Of a stretch of 64,000 nucleotides of DNA, positions 55,859 to 64,000 are shown piece after piece; the first letter of the stretch is position 1, and the number at the start of each line of letters is the position of its first letter. A model generated the notes under the pieces. The model was not told the DNA's origin. It was given only the letters and a program-made list of their open reading frames with translations, and made no database searches. The stretch is from Bryobacterales bacterium (lineage in GTDB: Bacteria > Acidobacteriota > Terriglobia > Bryobacterales > UBA6623). The DNA is taken from positions 189,262 to 253,261 of the forward strand of contig OZ252030.1 in assembly GCA_965247305.1 (NCBI GenBank), read 5' to 3'. Position numbers and translations under genes: made by a program.

Positions 55859-57770
55859 CTGGAGTTTGGCTGTTCAAAGAGGGTTGAAGTTTGGGGTAGG
55901 GTGCGGAAATAGGGGATTGGCGTTAGCCGGAAGCGTAGATTGCTGCAGGCGGAGCGCCTCTTGGGAGTTTCTGCAGCTTCGTGTTGGATTGCGAAGTGTT
56001 CCGCAAGCCGCAGAAATGTTGCCGCTGCACGCCGTCCGCCCAAAGCTCGGCCCGCAGGTGGCTGATCAGCCGTTGCGTGGTGAGCCGTTGCGGCTGCGAG
56101 CGGCGTCGCCAGTGCGGTCGCGGCAAGGCGTCGTCCACGCCCTGTTGGCGGCTCCAACTCGCGCCCGCCAACAGCAGTAGCGCATACACCGCCGTCATAA
56201 ATTGAGGGACCCGCTCGACCGCGTCCGGCTGCCGCACCTGCGCCTGTCCGACTCCCAACAGCGTCTTCTGCTCACGGAAGTTGACCTCGATCTCCCAGCG
56301 CCAAACGTACTGCCGCACGATCTGCTCCAGCCCCAAACTCGGATCGCTGACAATCAAATACGCCGGCTTGCGATACAGCACCTTCGAGCCCGCCCGCGGC
56401 CGATAACCCAACGGTGCGATCACCACCAAACGCAAGTCCCGCTTGCCTCCCGCCGGCCGCCAACGCAGCGGCGCGATCACCACCAAACGCAAGTCCCGCT
56501 TGCCTCCCGCCGGCCGCCAACGCAGCGGCGCGAGCGTCTTCACTTTGAACTGGTGCAGGCTGCCGGCGGCAAAAACCTCGACCGTTTGCCACGGCACGTT
56601 GTCGTCCTGGCGGAGTTGCTCGGGCGTCGGCGCGCGTTCGCCGTAACAACGCCTGCGGCCTTTGCCAGGCTGCTCGAGGGGCAGATGATATAGCTTGGCG
56701 TCGGAACGAATGCGGCCGATCAACGTCACCTCGGCGGGCAACGATCCGAACACCGTGCGGTTGGTGTAAGCGCCATCAACGACGAGGTGCAAGGCTCTGT
56801 CAGCGCCTCCGGGATCGGCGTTCATGGCCTCGCGCAAGCGCGCGATGTGCCTGGCGGCGAGGGCCGTCAAGCTGCACTTGCGAGCCTCGCGCCGGTACTG
56901 TTTCCAAACCTCGTCCGTGGCCTTCTTCGACGGTCGGCGCGGAGTCGGCGCGTGTTCCAAGCCGATCGGAATGAGTCGCGCCGGCTGCTGCCGCTCGCTG
57001 GGAGGCAGCGCTGCCGAGAACTGCAAGAAGCGCTGCGCGAGAATCAAGTTGGCCTGAAACTTGGGTCCAAGCGGATCGCGCCGCCAACTCACGCCGGGCG
57101 TTTTGAGACTCGACTTGGCGAGCAGTGTATCGTCGATGGCGACGACCAAGGGAGCCTCGGGCGGCAAGCGAGCGAGCACCTCGCGGCGCGAGGCATCGAG
57201 CAGGCGTTGCGGCTCGACGCGTTGTTGCGAGAACAGGCGGTAGCCGGCGCTCCAGTCCTGAAAGCTCTCGCCGGAGGCATGTAGCAGGCCGGTGATGGTG
57301 GAGCGGCCGAGGCAGACGGCGGCGCCGAGAGCGAGGCGGGTGAGGTGGTCGTTCACGCTTTGTCGGGCGTGGGGGTTGAGGCCTTTGGCGAAGAGTCGGG
57401 AGAAGGTGTCGACGACTCGATCGGGAGTTTTTTTTCAACTCGACGGGCGGAGGTTGCAAACGATTGAGCACGAGTTGGGAGCGGTCGAGCAGGATCCATT
57501 CGAGCTGTTCGCCGGGCTGGAAGTCGAGCATCTGAGCGCTGGCGGAGGGGAAGTTGACGTAGAACTGTTGGGAAGCCTTGCGCTTGATCAACTGCAGTTT
57601 GGTGGGGAAGGACATGAGGTCTCCTTGGAAATGAATCTAGTTACACAACAAGCTAAACAACTAGATACAAGAATACCTCAAAATGTTTTGAGACACAAGC
57701 ATTCTCAGATCCCTCACAACTCAAGAACGTGCTTACCGCGCGTCCCATCTAGTGAAAGGCCAAACTCCAG
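55859..57770 (-). mobile_element. IS4-superfamily insertion sequence, copy C (1912 bp = 1855 + 57-bp internal duplication)
   Basis: Same 12-bp termini as the other copies. A8 run at 57428-57435. In-frame tandem duplication at 56416-56472 / 56473-56529. Confidence 0.92.
55923..57356 (-). CDS. DDE transposase frame of IS copy C (19-aa internal duplication)
   Basis: 477-aa ORF identical to copy B apart from the duplicated RWRPAGGKRDLRLVVIAPL. The orfA ATG lies at 57615. Confidence 0.8.
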   Translation of the reverse strand: MNDHLTRLALGAAVCLGRSTITGLLHASGESFQDWSAGYRLFSQQRVEPQRLLDASRREVLARLPPEAPLVVAIDDTLLAKSSLKTPGVSWRRDPLGPKFQANLILAQRFLQFSAALPPSERQQPARLIPIGLEHAPTPRRPSKKATDEVWKQYRREARKCSLTALAARHIARLREAMNADPGGADRALHLVVDGAYTNRTVFGSLPAEVTLIGRIRSDAKLYHLPLEQPGKGRRRCYGERAPTPEQLRQDDNVPWQTVEVFAAGSLHQFKVKTLAPLRWRPAGGKRDLRLVVIAPLRWRPAGGKRDLRLVVIAPLGYRPRAGSKVLYRKPAYLIVSDPSLGLEQIVRQYVWRWEIEVNFREQKTLLGVGQAQVRQPDAVERVPQFMTAVYALLLLAGASWSRQQGVDDALPRPHWRRRSQPQRLTTQRLISHLRAELWADGVQRQHFCGLRNTSQSNTKLQKLPRGAPPAAIYASG

Positions 57771-57804
57771 AACGAGGCGAGGACGGAAGTCCACGCCTCG
57801 TTTT
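57771..57804. repeat. second copy of the terminator-like hairpin, right flank of IS copy C
   Basis: AACGAGGCGAGGAC-GGAA-GTCCACGCCTCGTTTT has the same loop orientation, with one stem mismatch. It lies 57 nt downstream of the sulfatase-like gene stop. Confidence 0.85.
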
Positions 57805-57860
57805 CTAGACACGGACCGACTCTGCACCCGCGCGGTGCAATCAGAATTGGACGTGGTTCG

Positions 57861-59279
57861 CTACTGGAGATAGCCGAGACTTTCGAGGATCTCGGAGTCT
57901 CGTTTGCTTAGCTTGGCCTCGGTCTCCTCGAGATCGGTCGATTCGTACCAGCGTTCAAACGCCGCCATCTCAAATTTGTACTTGCGGTCGTCAGGAGTTA
58001 ACTCAACCGGCTCAAACTCAAACGGATCTTTGGCGAGATCGTGAACGCGAAATTTCTCGTCCCCGGGGGTCCAGACCGTCTTCATCGTTCCTTCGACTTT
58101 TCCCATTTTTAGGGGCAGCCCGCCGTTGTTTATCCACATCCACGACAGCCACCCTGGGGCGAGCCCCTTCTTGCCCGCGAACGAGACATAGCGCACCGTC
58201 CGCTGGGTAGGGGTAGCGCCCTCGCGAATCGCCTTCAGTTGGCTGCGACCGGCGAACGCAACTGAGATTTCGGACTGCTTCCGATACTCGGGCACTGTCA
58301 AGTCGAGAATCGTCGGGGCGAGATCAAGCGCGGAGACGTTTTGTTCGATGGTCGTTCCGGCGTCGATCGTGCCCGGCAGCTTCATGATCCAGGGGACATG
58401 TACGACGGATTCAGTCAGCCAACGGCCATGACCCACAAAGCCGTGCTCGCCCAACCCTTCGCCATGGTCAGCAACTAGTACAACCAACGTGTTGTCGGTT
58501 AAGCCGTGATCGTCGAGGCGATCGAGCAACTTGCCAATGTGTTTGTCGGCATAGCCGATCTCGGAGTCATACTTGCGGACGCGCTCAGCCACTTCTTTCG
58601 AGTAGCGAGAAACAGCCTCGCTTGGTGCGCCGAGCTGCTCGGGGTTAGCGAAGTCATCGCGGAGGTTATAGGGCTCATGCGGGTCGAAGTAGTGCACCCA
58701 CATAAAGATGTTCTTGTCGTCTTTGTACTCGTCGAGCCAACTAATGGCTTTCGGCGTGACATCTTCGGCCCAACGCATCGAGTGCAGCAGTTGGTAGCTG
58801 CGGTCGAGGTCGTCGTCGAAATGGTCAAACTTATCGTCGAAATGCGTTAGCCGGCCGATCAGCGGCCAGGCACTGACGAACGCGGCCGAGCTGTAGCCGA
58901 ATTTTCTGAGCACCTGGGGGATCGTCAACCATTTCGAATCGTCCGGGATGGCGACGCCGTTGATGCGGGCTCCGTGTTCCTGAGGGTAGCGGCCAGTAAA
59001 CATCGAAAAATGTGAGGGGCCAGTCATCGGGATCGCGGCGTGTGCGCGATCAAACCGCACGCCCTCGGATGCCAGCCGGTCGATACGCGGACTCGTCTTG
59101 AGGTGATAGCCGTACGACGAAAGATGGTCCGCACGAAGCGTATCCACCGTAATCATCACTACGTGGGGCCGGCTGACCGTTCCGCCCGAACCCGATTCAG
59201 CCGGATTCGCGGGCGGCGACAGTTGCGCCAGCAGTAATGTTGTCGTCGCCAGCCCAGCGACAACGAGACATTTCCGCAT
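57861..59279 (-). CDS. sulfatase-like hydrolase/transferase (alkaline phosphatase superfamily) with non-canonical T-x-P-S-H site
   Basis: ATG at 59279 gives signal peptide MRKCLVVAGLATTTLLLA. It has VMITVDTLRADHL and ADHGEG. The position of C/S-x-P-x-R reads MTGPSHFSMFTGR. Confidence 0.8.
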   Translation of the reverse strand: MRKCLVVAGLATTTLLLAQLSPPANPAESGSGGTVSRPHVVMITVDTLRADHLSSYGYHLKTSPRIDRLASEGVRFDRAHAAIPMTGPSHFSMFTGRYPQEHGARINGVAIPDDSKWLTIPQVLRKFGYSSAAFVSAWPLIGRLTHFDDKFDHFDDDLDRSYQLLHSMRWAEDVTPKAISWLDEYKDDKNIFMWVHYFDPHEPYNLRDDFANPEQLGAPSEAVSRYSKEVAERVRKYDSEIGYADKHIGKLLDRLDDHGLTDNTLVVLVADHGEGLGEHGFVGHGRWLTESVVHVPWIMKLPGTIDAGTTIEQNVSALDLAPTILDLTVPEYRKQSEISVAFAGRSQLKAIREGATPTQRTVRYVSFAGKKGLAPGWLSWMWINNGGLPLKMGKVEGTMKTVWTPGDEKFRVHDLAKDPFEFEPVELTPDDRKYKFEMAAFERWYESTDLEETEAKLSKRDSEILESLGYLQ

Positions 59280-59362
59280 GATGCAAGTGTAGCGAGAGCG
59301 ACCCCCAGCAATCAAATCACCGCTGAGCCGCTCCCGCGGTTCGATCCGCGTTGTTACAAGAA

Positions 59363-60838
59363 TTAACGAGCAACCACAACGAAGCGAGTATTGCCTCGCC
59401 GGTTCAAGAGCAGCAAGACCGGCTTGTCGCCTGACTCTGCCAGGGCATCGCGAAACTCGTCGGCTGTCGAAACTTCCTTGCGATTTATTTGCTCGAGAAC
59501 GTCGCCGCGTTCGATTCCTGCTTCAGCCGCGGGGCTTCCGAGCTCGACTCGCGCCACGACGACGCCTCGAGTATCCGTATCGACGCGCAGTTGCTCGGCG
59601 ACTTCGGGCGTCAACGTCTGCACGCTGATTCCGATCGAACTGGGCGCGGACTCTACGCCTGGCGCATCCGGCTTGTCGAACTCCGGATGCTCGCCGAGCT
59701 TGACGGCTAGAGTGCGTGCCTTGCCGTCCCGCAGGACGGCGAGCTGGACTTCGCTTCCGGGCGCGTGCTCGGCAACCTTCAAGCTGAGCTTGCGTGGGTC
59801 GTCGATCGCTTCGCCGTTCAACTCGCGAATAATGTCGCCCTGTTTTAGTCCGGCGGTGGCTGCTGGGCTTTTGGGCTCGACACTTGTGACCAGGGCGCCA
59901 CCTGGTTGCTCTACGCCGAAGGCTTCGGCGATGTCTTGATCAACAGGCTGGATGCCGACGCCCATATAGCCACGGCTAACGTGTCCACTGGCAGCGAGCT
60001 GGGTCATGACGTGATGCGCCATGTTGACCGGAACCGCGAAGCCGACGCCCTGGTTGCCGCCACCGCCGCGGGCGATGATCGCTGTGTTGATGCCGATCAG
60101 CTCGCCGCGAGAGTTGACGAGCGCGCCGCCCGAGTTGCCGGGATTGATGGCCGCATCAGTCTGTATGAAGTTCTCATAGCGTTCGATACCGAGACCGCCG
60201 CGGCCAGTCGCGCCAACGATGCCCATCGTCACCGTCTGTCCGATGCCGAAGGGATTGCCAATTGCGAGTACGATGTCGCCGACTTCAACACTTCCAGAGT
60301 TGCCAAGTTTAAGGGTCTGCAAGTCTTTCGCCTGAATACGCAGCAGCGCGATGTCGGACTGCGGATCGGTGCCTACGAGTTCGGCTTCGAACTCGCGCTT
60401 GTCGGCCAAATGGACCGTGATTTGCTCGGCCCCTTCGATCACATGATGGTTCGTCACGATATAGCCGTCGGGGCTAAGAATCACGCCCGACCCCGCGCCC
60501 CGCTGTTTGTGAGCGCCGGGTGATTGGGGACCCGGCCGCGTTCCTGGGCCGAAGAAAAACGGCAACGCTCTCTCGGTCGGGGCCTCGACGGTTTTCTCCG
60601 CCGTGATACTGACCACCGCGGGCGCAACGGACTTCACAACAGGGGCGAAGGTTCCTGACGCGGGCAAGCTGTTGTTTGCTGGGTCGGTGGTTTTCGTGGC
60701 TAACGCCGGTAACCAGTCCGCTTCGCGCGCGAAACCGGGTTCCGGATTTGTCATTTGAATCGTCAGACCGCCAACGGCCATCATTGCCACAAACATCGCG
60801 GCGGCCGTCAGCAGGCTAGTCGGGTGTAATTTACGCAT
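59363..60838 (-). CDS. htrA: Do/DegP/HtrA family periplasmic serine protease with two PDZ domains
   Basis: Catalytic triad context TNHHV...D.ALL...GNSGGALVN, followed by two PDZ-like regions. Confidence 0.9.
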   Translation of the reverse strand: MRKLHPTSLLTAAAMFVAMMAVGGLTIQMTNPEPGFAREADWLPALATKTTDPANNSLPASGTFAPVVKSVAPAVVSITAEKTVEAPTERALPFFFGPGTRPGPQSPGAHKQRGAGSGVILSPDGYIVTNHHVIEGAEQITVHLADKREFEAELVGTDPQSDIALLRIQAKDLQTLKLGNSGSVEVGDIVLAIGNPFGIGQTVTMGIVGATGRGGLGIERYENFIQTDAAINPGNSGGALVNSRGELIGINTAIIARGGGGNQGVGFAVPVNMAHHVMTQLAASGHVSRGYMGVGIQPVDQDIAEAFGVEQPGGALVTSVEPKSPAATAGLKQGDIIRELNGEAIDDPRKLSLKVAEHAPGSEVQLAVLRDGKARTLAVKLGEHPEFDKPDAPGVESAPSSIGISVQTLTPEVAEQLRVDTDTRGVVVARVELGSPAAEAGIERGDVLEQINRKEVSTADEFRDALAESGDKPVLLLLNRRGNTRFVVVAR

Positions 60839-60907
60839 TGCAAATTCTCCTCTCGTCGTAAGAAAGTGTTTCTATTCTTCTTTGACGCGGAGAATCTGAG
60901 TACGTCG

Positions 60908-61501
60908 CTAGTCCTCGGGCGCGGCTGTGCGTTCTCTCACAAAGTGCGCAAGCTCTGGGAAGAACGTCTTAAAGTCGGCTTCGAGTTCATCGTATTGAAC
61001 CCGCAGTACTGAAACACCAGTGGCAAGCGGGTTCTCGCCGGTAAGCCGCCGTGAAATCCCGCGCAGCGCCCGATCGATGTTGTCGAGGTCGCGATACGAC
61101 CCGAGCCAGTCGCCGTTTTGCATTGAAATCACGACCTGCTGAAAACGCTCACGGTGAACGTCGCGGTGCCCATTTAGGACTCGATAGCACTGTTGCGAAA
61201 ATTGTTCGAGCGAAACATCGCCCCGATAGCGGTCCCAGTTCTTCGCCAAGAAATGATCAAAAAACATGTCGAGCAGGATATTCCCGTAGCGGCGATAGGG
61301 AGCGACCATGCGACGGCGAGCGGCGGCCACAACGGGATGGGAGTCGGTGAAAACGTCGATCCGCTGATGCGCTCGAATGCCGGCGCGGATACCTGGCTCG
61401 AAAGAATCGATTTCACGGGCCAGAACGAAATCCGCGAGGACCTGGCCGACTTGGGCCTTGGGGTCGTCTCCGGCCAAATAAAGATGGGCCAAATAATTCA
61501 A
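60908..61501 (-). CDS. acpH: acyl carrier protein phosphodiesterase
   Basis: MNYLAHLYLAGDD...LADFV...HQRIDVFTDSHP...LDMFFDHFL is collinear with E. coli AcpH. TTG start. Confidence 0.85.
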   Translation of the reverse strand: MNYLAHLYLAGDDPKAQVGQVLADFVLAREIDSFEPGIRAGIRAHQRIDVFTDSHPVVAAARRRMVAPYRRYGNILLDMFFDHFLAKNWDRYRGDVSLEQFSQQCYRVLNGHRDVHRERFQQVVISMQNGDWLGSYRDLDNIDRALRGISRRLTGENPLATGVSVLRVQYDELEADFKTFFPELAHFVRERTAAPED

Positions 61502-61575
61502 GCGATCATGAGCCTATAGCATTTTCACCGAAAGCATAGACCGGCAATTGGACACGCCGGCCGCAAGTGCGGCGT

Positions 61576-61688
61576 CGGCGGGGCAGGGGGAAATTCCGGC
61601 TCGTCGTCGACTTTGAATCACAGGGTTGCACCCTGCGCTAATACAAATGCCACCCCTACCGGGGTTCAGTTTCCGCGGCTTCGCGCAC
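61576..61688. repeat. ~113-bp repeat (family 2), second copy
   Basis: Aligns with 44059-44170. Its last 33 nt (61656-61688) form the last 10 codons plus the stop of the sialidase gene. Confidence 0.8.
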
Positions 61689-62867
61689 CCATTCGGCGTC
61701 GAATCTTGCCACCGTCAAATACTTCACGTGTGTGCCGCGATCCGTCGGCGTGCCACTCTCATACACGCAGTAGATTGCGCCGTCCGGGCCAATCGCTAGA
61801 TCGCTATAGCCGCTCACGCCCGGCTCGATCACCCTCTTGTGCGGCCACGTCTTACCGTCATCGTCGCTAAGCTGAACCGAAACATTCTGACGTACCCAGC
61901 TGCCAAGTGGGTTTTCGGCGCTTCGCGGCTCAGTGCTATCAGGGTTCACGAACACCAACAAGTCCCCCGAGCGGATTAGACTGCCCATGCAGATTGGCTC
62001 TACTAGCGCCTCGTCAAAGCGAATCTCAGACCAACCCGAGGCTCCGTCGGGGCTCACTGATATCGCGCGACGATGCCGCGGCGACTCGTGGCGAATGTTT
62101 AGCATGACGCTGCCGTCGGAAAGCTCAACGGCCAATGTTTCGCTTGGGTTTTTCAGGTCGGGGTGGCGGACGACCACCTCTCCGCGGTTCCAAGTGACGC
62201 CGTCATCGTCGCTGTAAATCGTCGAAACGATGGAGGGCCGATGCGCGTGGCCGCCGGTACCGTCCGACAGCCAGACGGGAACGATCAGTCGTCCGTTTGA
62301 GTGCTTGATGCCGTGGCCAGGTCCGGTGGCGATGACTTTCCAGCCGTACTCGGTCTTGAACTCCTCAAACGTGGCGGTTATGTCGACGGGAGCGGAAAAT
62401 GTCTCGCCGTCATCGTCGCTGCGGATGTAATAGGCCCGCGCGTACTCGACGCAAAAGAGAAAATGCATCAGGCCGAGTTCTTTGTCGACGATCGGAACGA
62501 TGTTGTTGTAGGTCACCTCGCCCGGTTTCGCCAGGTCTTGCGCGAAGGCGACTTCGTTCTGCTGAATTTCACCGTCGACCCGAGCGATTTGACGGGGCTC
62601 GTCCCAGGTCTGACCGCCGTCATGGCTGCGCCGCATCAGAATATTCTGCGTGCCCCAGTCGCCGCCGGAGCTTTTACGTGCCTCGGCCATAGCCATCACT
62701 GTGCCATTGGGTGATACAGCGATGGCAGGCACGCGGTAGTGGGCATAACCGCCGGTTTCAGCCTCGAAGACATTGACTTTTTGGATTGAGGATTGTGAGT
62801 CGACTGGAGGCTCGGGGGCTGAACCACAGGCCGAAAGTATCAACAGAGCGGGTAGAAAACGGCACAT
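61656..62867 (-). CDS. exo-alpha-sialidase (GH33, BNR/Asp-box repeats), lipoprotein
   Basis: ATG at 62867 gives lipobox MCRFLPALLILSAC. YRVPAI (RIP-type motif) is present. Asp-boxes are SHDGGQTW, SDDDGETF, SDDDGVTW and SDDDGKTW. Confidence 0.85.
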   Translation of the reverse strand: MCRFLPALLILSACGSAPEPPVDSQSSIQKVNVFEAETGGYAHYRVPAIAVSPNGTVMAMAEARKSSGGDWGTQNILMRRSHDGGQTWDEPRQIARVDGEIQQNEVAFAQDLAKPGEVTYNNIVPIVDKELGLMHFLFCVEYARAYYIRSDDDGETFSAPVDITATFEEFKTEYGWKVIATGPGHGIKHSNGRLIVPVWLSDGTGGHAHRPSIVSTIYSDDDGVTWNRGEVVVRHPDLKNPSETLAVELSDGSVMLNIRHESPRHRRAISVSPDGASGWSEIRFDEALVEPICMGSLIRSGDLLVFVNPDSTEPRSAENPLGSWVRQNVSVQLSDDDGKTWPHKRVIEPGVSGYSDLAIGPDGAIYCVYESGTPTDRGTHVKYLTVARFDAEWVREAAETEPR

Positions 62868-63017
62868 CGGGGTAGAGTCTACCAGGTTTTTGGCGGTATG
62901 GACTTTATCGCTAAGCCTCAGCAGGACCGGGTTCCGCGACACTGGCTAGCTTCATCCTCTAACGCACTTGCTTACGCGCGCGCCACCGAGACGATCGCTT
63001 GGTGAGTTCGCGGCGGG

Positions 63018-64000
63018 CTAGTTGCGCATAACCGCCATGGGCGCATCGATGTCGTTGAGATAGGCCGTCAGTTGCCGCTCAAGCCTGCGTGCCACCTCGG
63101 GGTTCTTACCGCTGACGTCTTTGGATTCTCCGATGTCGGTCGATAGGTCGTAGAGCTGCGATTCGCGTGACTCGTACAACACTACTAGCTTCCATTTCCC
63201 AGACCGAATTGCCGATGAAGGTCGATTCCCTTTTTCGACCTGGTAGTGCGGGAAGTGCCAGACGAGTTCATCGCGTTCGCGCACGACCGATCCTTCGCCG
63301 CCATTGTTCAATACCCCTGTCAGACTACCGCCTTCGATCTTCAAAGGCAGTTCGGCCTGCACGCCCAGCCAGTCAGCAATCGTGGGATACAGGTCCATTC
63401 CGGTGACAGGAACCTTGCTCACCGAGCTAGCCTCAATTCCTGTTCCGCGAATGACCAGCGGTACGCGAATACGACCCTCCCAGGTCGAGGCTTTCTGGCC
63501 GCGCAACGGCAAATTCGTCATTACAGGCGTCGGGCCTGAATCGTGGTACGACCCGTTATCGGACGTGAAGATCACGTAGGTGTCGTCGGCTAGTTCGAGA
63601 TCGTCGAGCGCTTTCAGTAAACGGCCGACGCCCGCATCCGCCTCATTAGTCATCGCCGCGTGGGCAGCATTGTTGTGGCGCGTCACCTTGGTCTTGGCAT
63701 CGAACTTTTCAATCGTTTCGTCAAAAGCGTGAATCCGTAGGTGGACCGCGAAGTACGACACTTGCAGGTAGAAGGGCTCAGCGGCCTGCTTACGGTGCCT
63801 GAGGAAGTCGACGGCGCGGGTAGTTACGCTCACGGTGCGCTTGGGATCGGGCGCCGGGGTAGCGCCCTCGGCGTTGGTCGTTGCTCCGCTGTGCTCGTCG
63901 TAGCCGTGCTGGCCCGGGCCACCGCCGCCCAAATGCCATTTACCGAAATGGCCCGTTACATATCCCGGCTTGTGTTTTTTGATCAGCTCGCCAATCGTGA
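63018..64000 (-). CDS. sulfatase family protein (C-terminal ~327 codons; 5' end beyond window end)
   Basis: The reading frame stays open to position 64000. Reverse translation reads ...IGELIKKHKPGYVTGHFGKWHLGGGGPGQHGYDEH..., TSDNG, and the C-terminal sulfatase fold. Confidence 0.85.
   Translation of the reverse strand, partial: TIGELIKKHKPGYVTGHFGKWHLGGGGPGQHGYDEHSGATTNAEGATPAPDPKRTVSVTTRAVDFLRHRKQAAEPFYLQVSYFAVHLRIHAFDETIEKFDAKTKVTRHNNAAHAAMTNEADAGVGRLLKALDDLELADDTYVIFTSDNGSYHDSGPTPVMTNLPLRGQKASTWEGRIRVPLVIRGTGIEASSVSKVPVTGMDLYPTIADWLGVQAELPLKIEGGSLTGVLNNGGEGSVVRERDELVWHFPHYQVEKGNRPSSAIRSGKWKLVVLYESRESQLYDLSTDIGESKDVSGKNPEVARRLERQLTAYLNDIDAPMAVMRN

Overview
This is a 64-kb, high-GC, gene-dense chromosomal segment of a Gram-negative bacterium. 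All family and domain calls are from reading the translations and from memory; no database search was possible. The domain content points to Acidobacteriota or a similar glycan-scavenging lineage. That content includes an acidobacterial-type VWA protein, a membrane-anchored winged-helix regulator, a PSCyt/DUF1549/DUF1553 + DUF1501 pair, several sulfatase-family enzymes, a lipoprotein sialidase, three PQQ-like beta-propeller exoproteins and an ECF sigma/anti-sigma pair. About 50 protein genes are supported, including lysS, an HtrA/DegP protease, acpH, 2-oxoacid dehydrogenase E1 alpha/beta, a fatty-acid desaturase and an acyl-CoA synthetase. Five things stand out. (1) There are three copies of a 1.86-kb IS4-superfamily insertion sequence plus a 234-bp MITE with the same termini. 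Two IS copies sit in head-to-tail tandem in the apex of a palindromic intergenic element, and one sits upstream of lysS. Every insertion is bracketed by a direct duplication of one complete GC-rich hairpin, of about 20, 27 or 33 bp. The IS has an AbrB/MazE-like orfA that connects to the DDE transposase frame only through an A8/A9 homopolymer. (2) Four paralogous uncharacterised secreted proteins form an operon-like array, followed by a small secreted protein whose predicted mature N-terminus is His-His. (3) A DUF3179 gene has one in-frame TGA as its only defect, exactly where the family carries the first Cys of its C-P-x-C motif. It is either a selenocysteine candidate or a recent pseudogene. 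(4) A TetR-linked MMPL/RND + LolA-like + beta-barrel cluster has two matching palindromic operators. (5) Intergenic palindromic repeat families supply the stop codons of two genes. No rRNA, tRNA, CRISPR array or cas gene was recognised.
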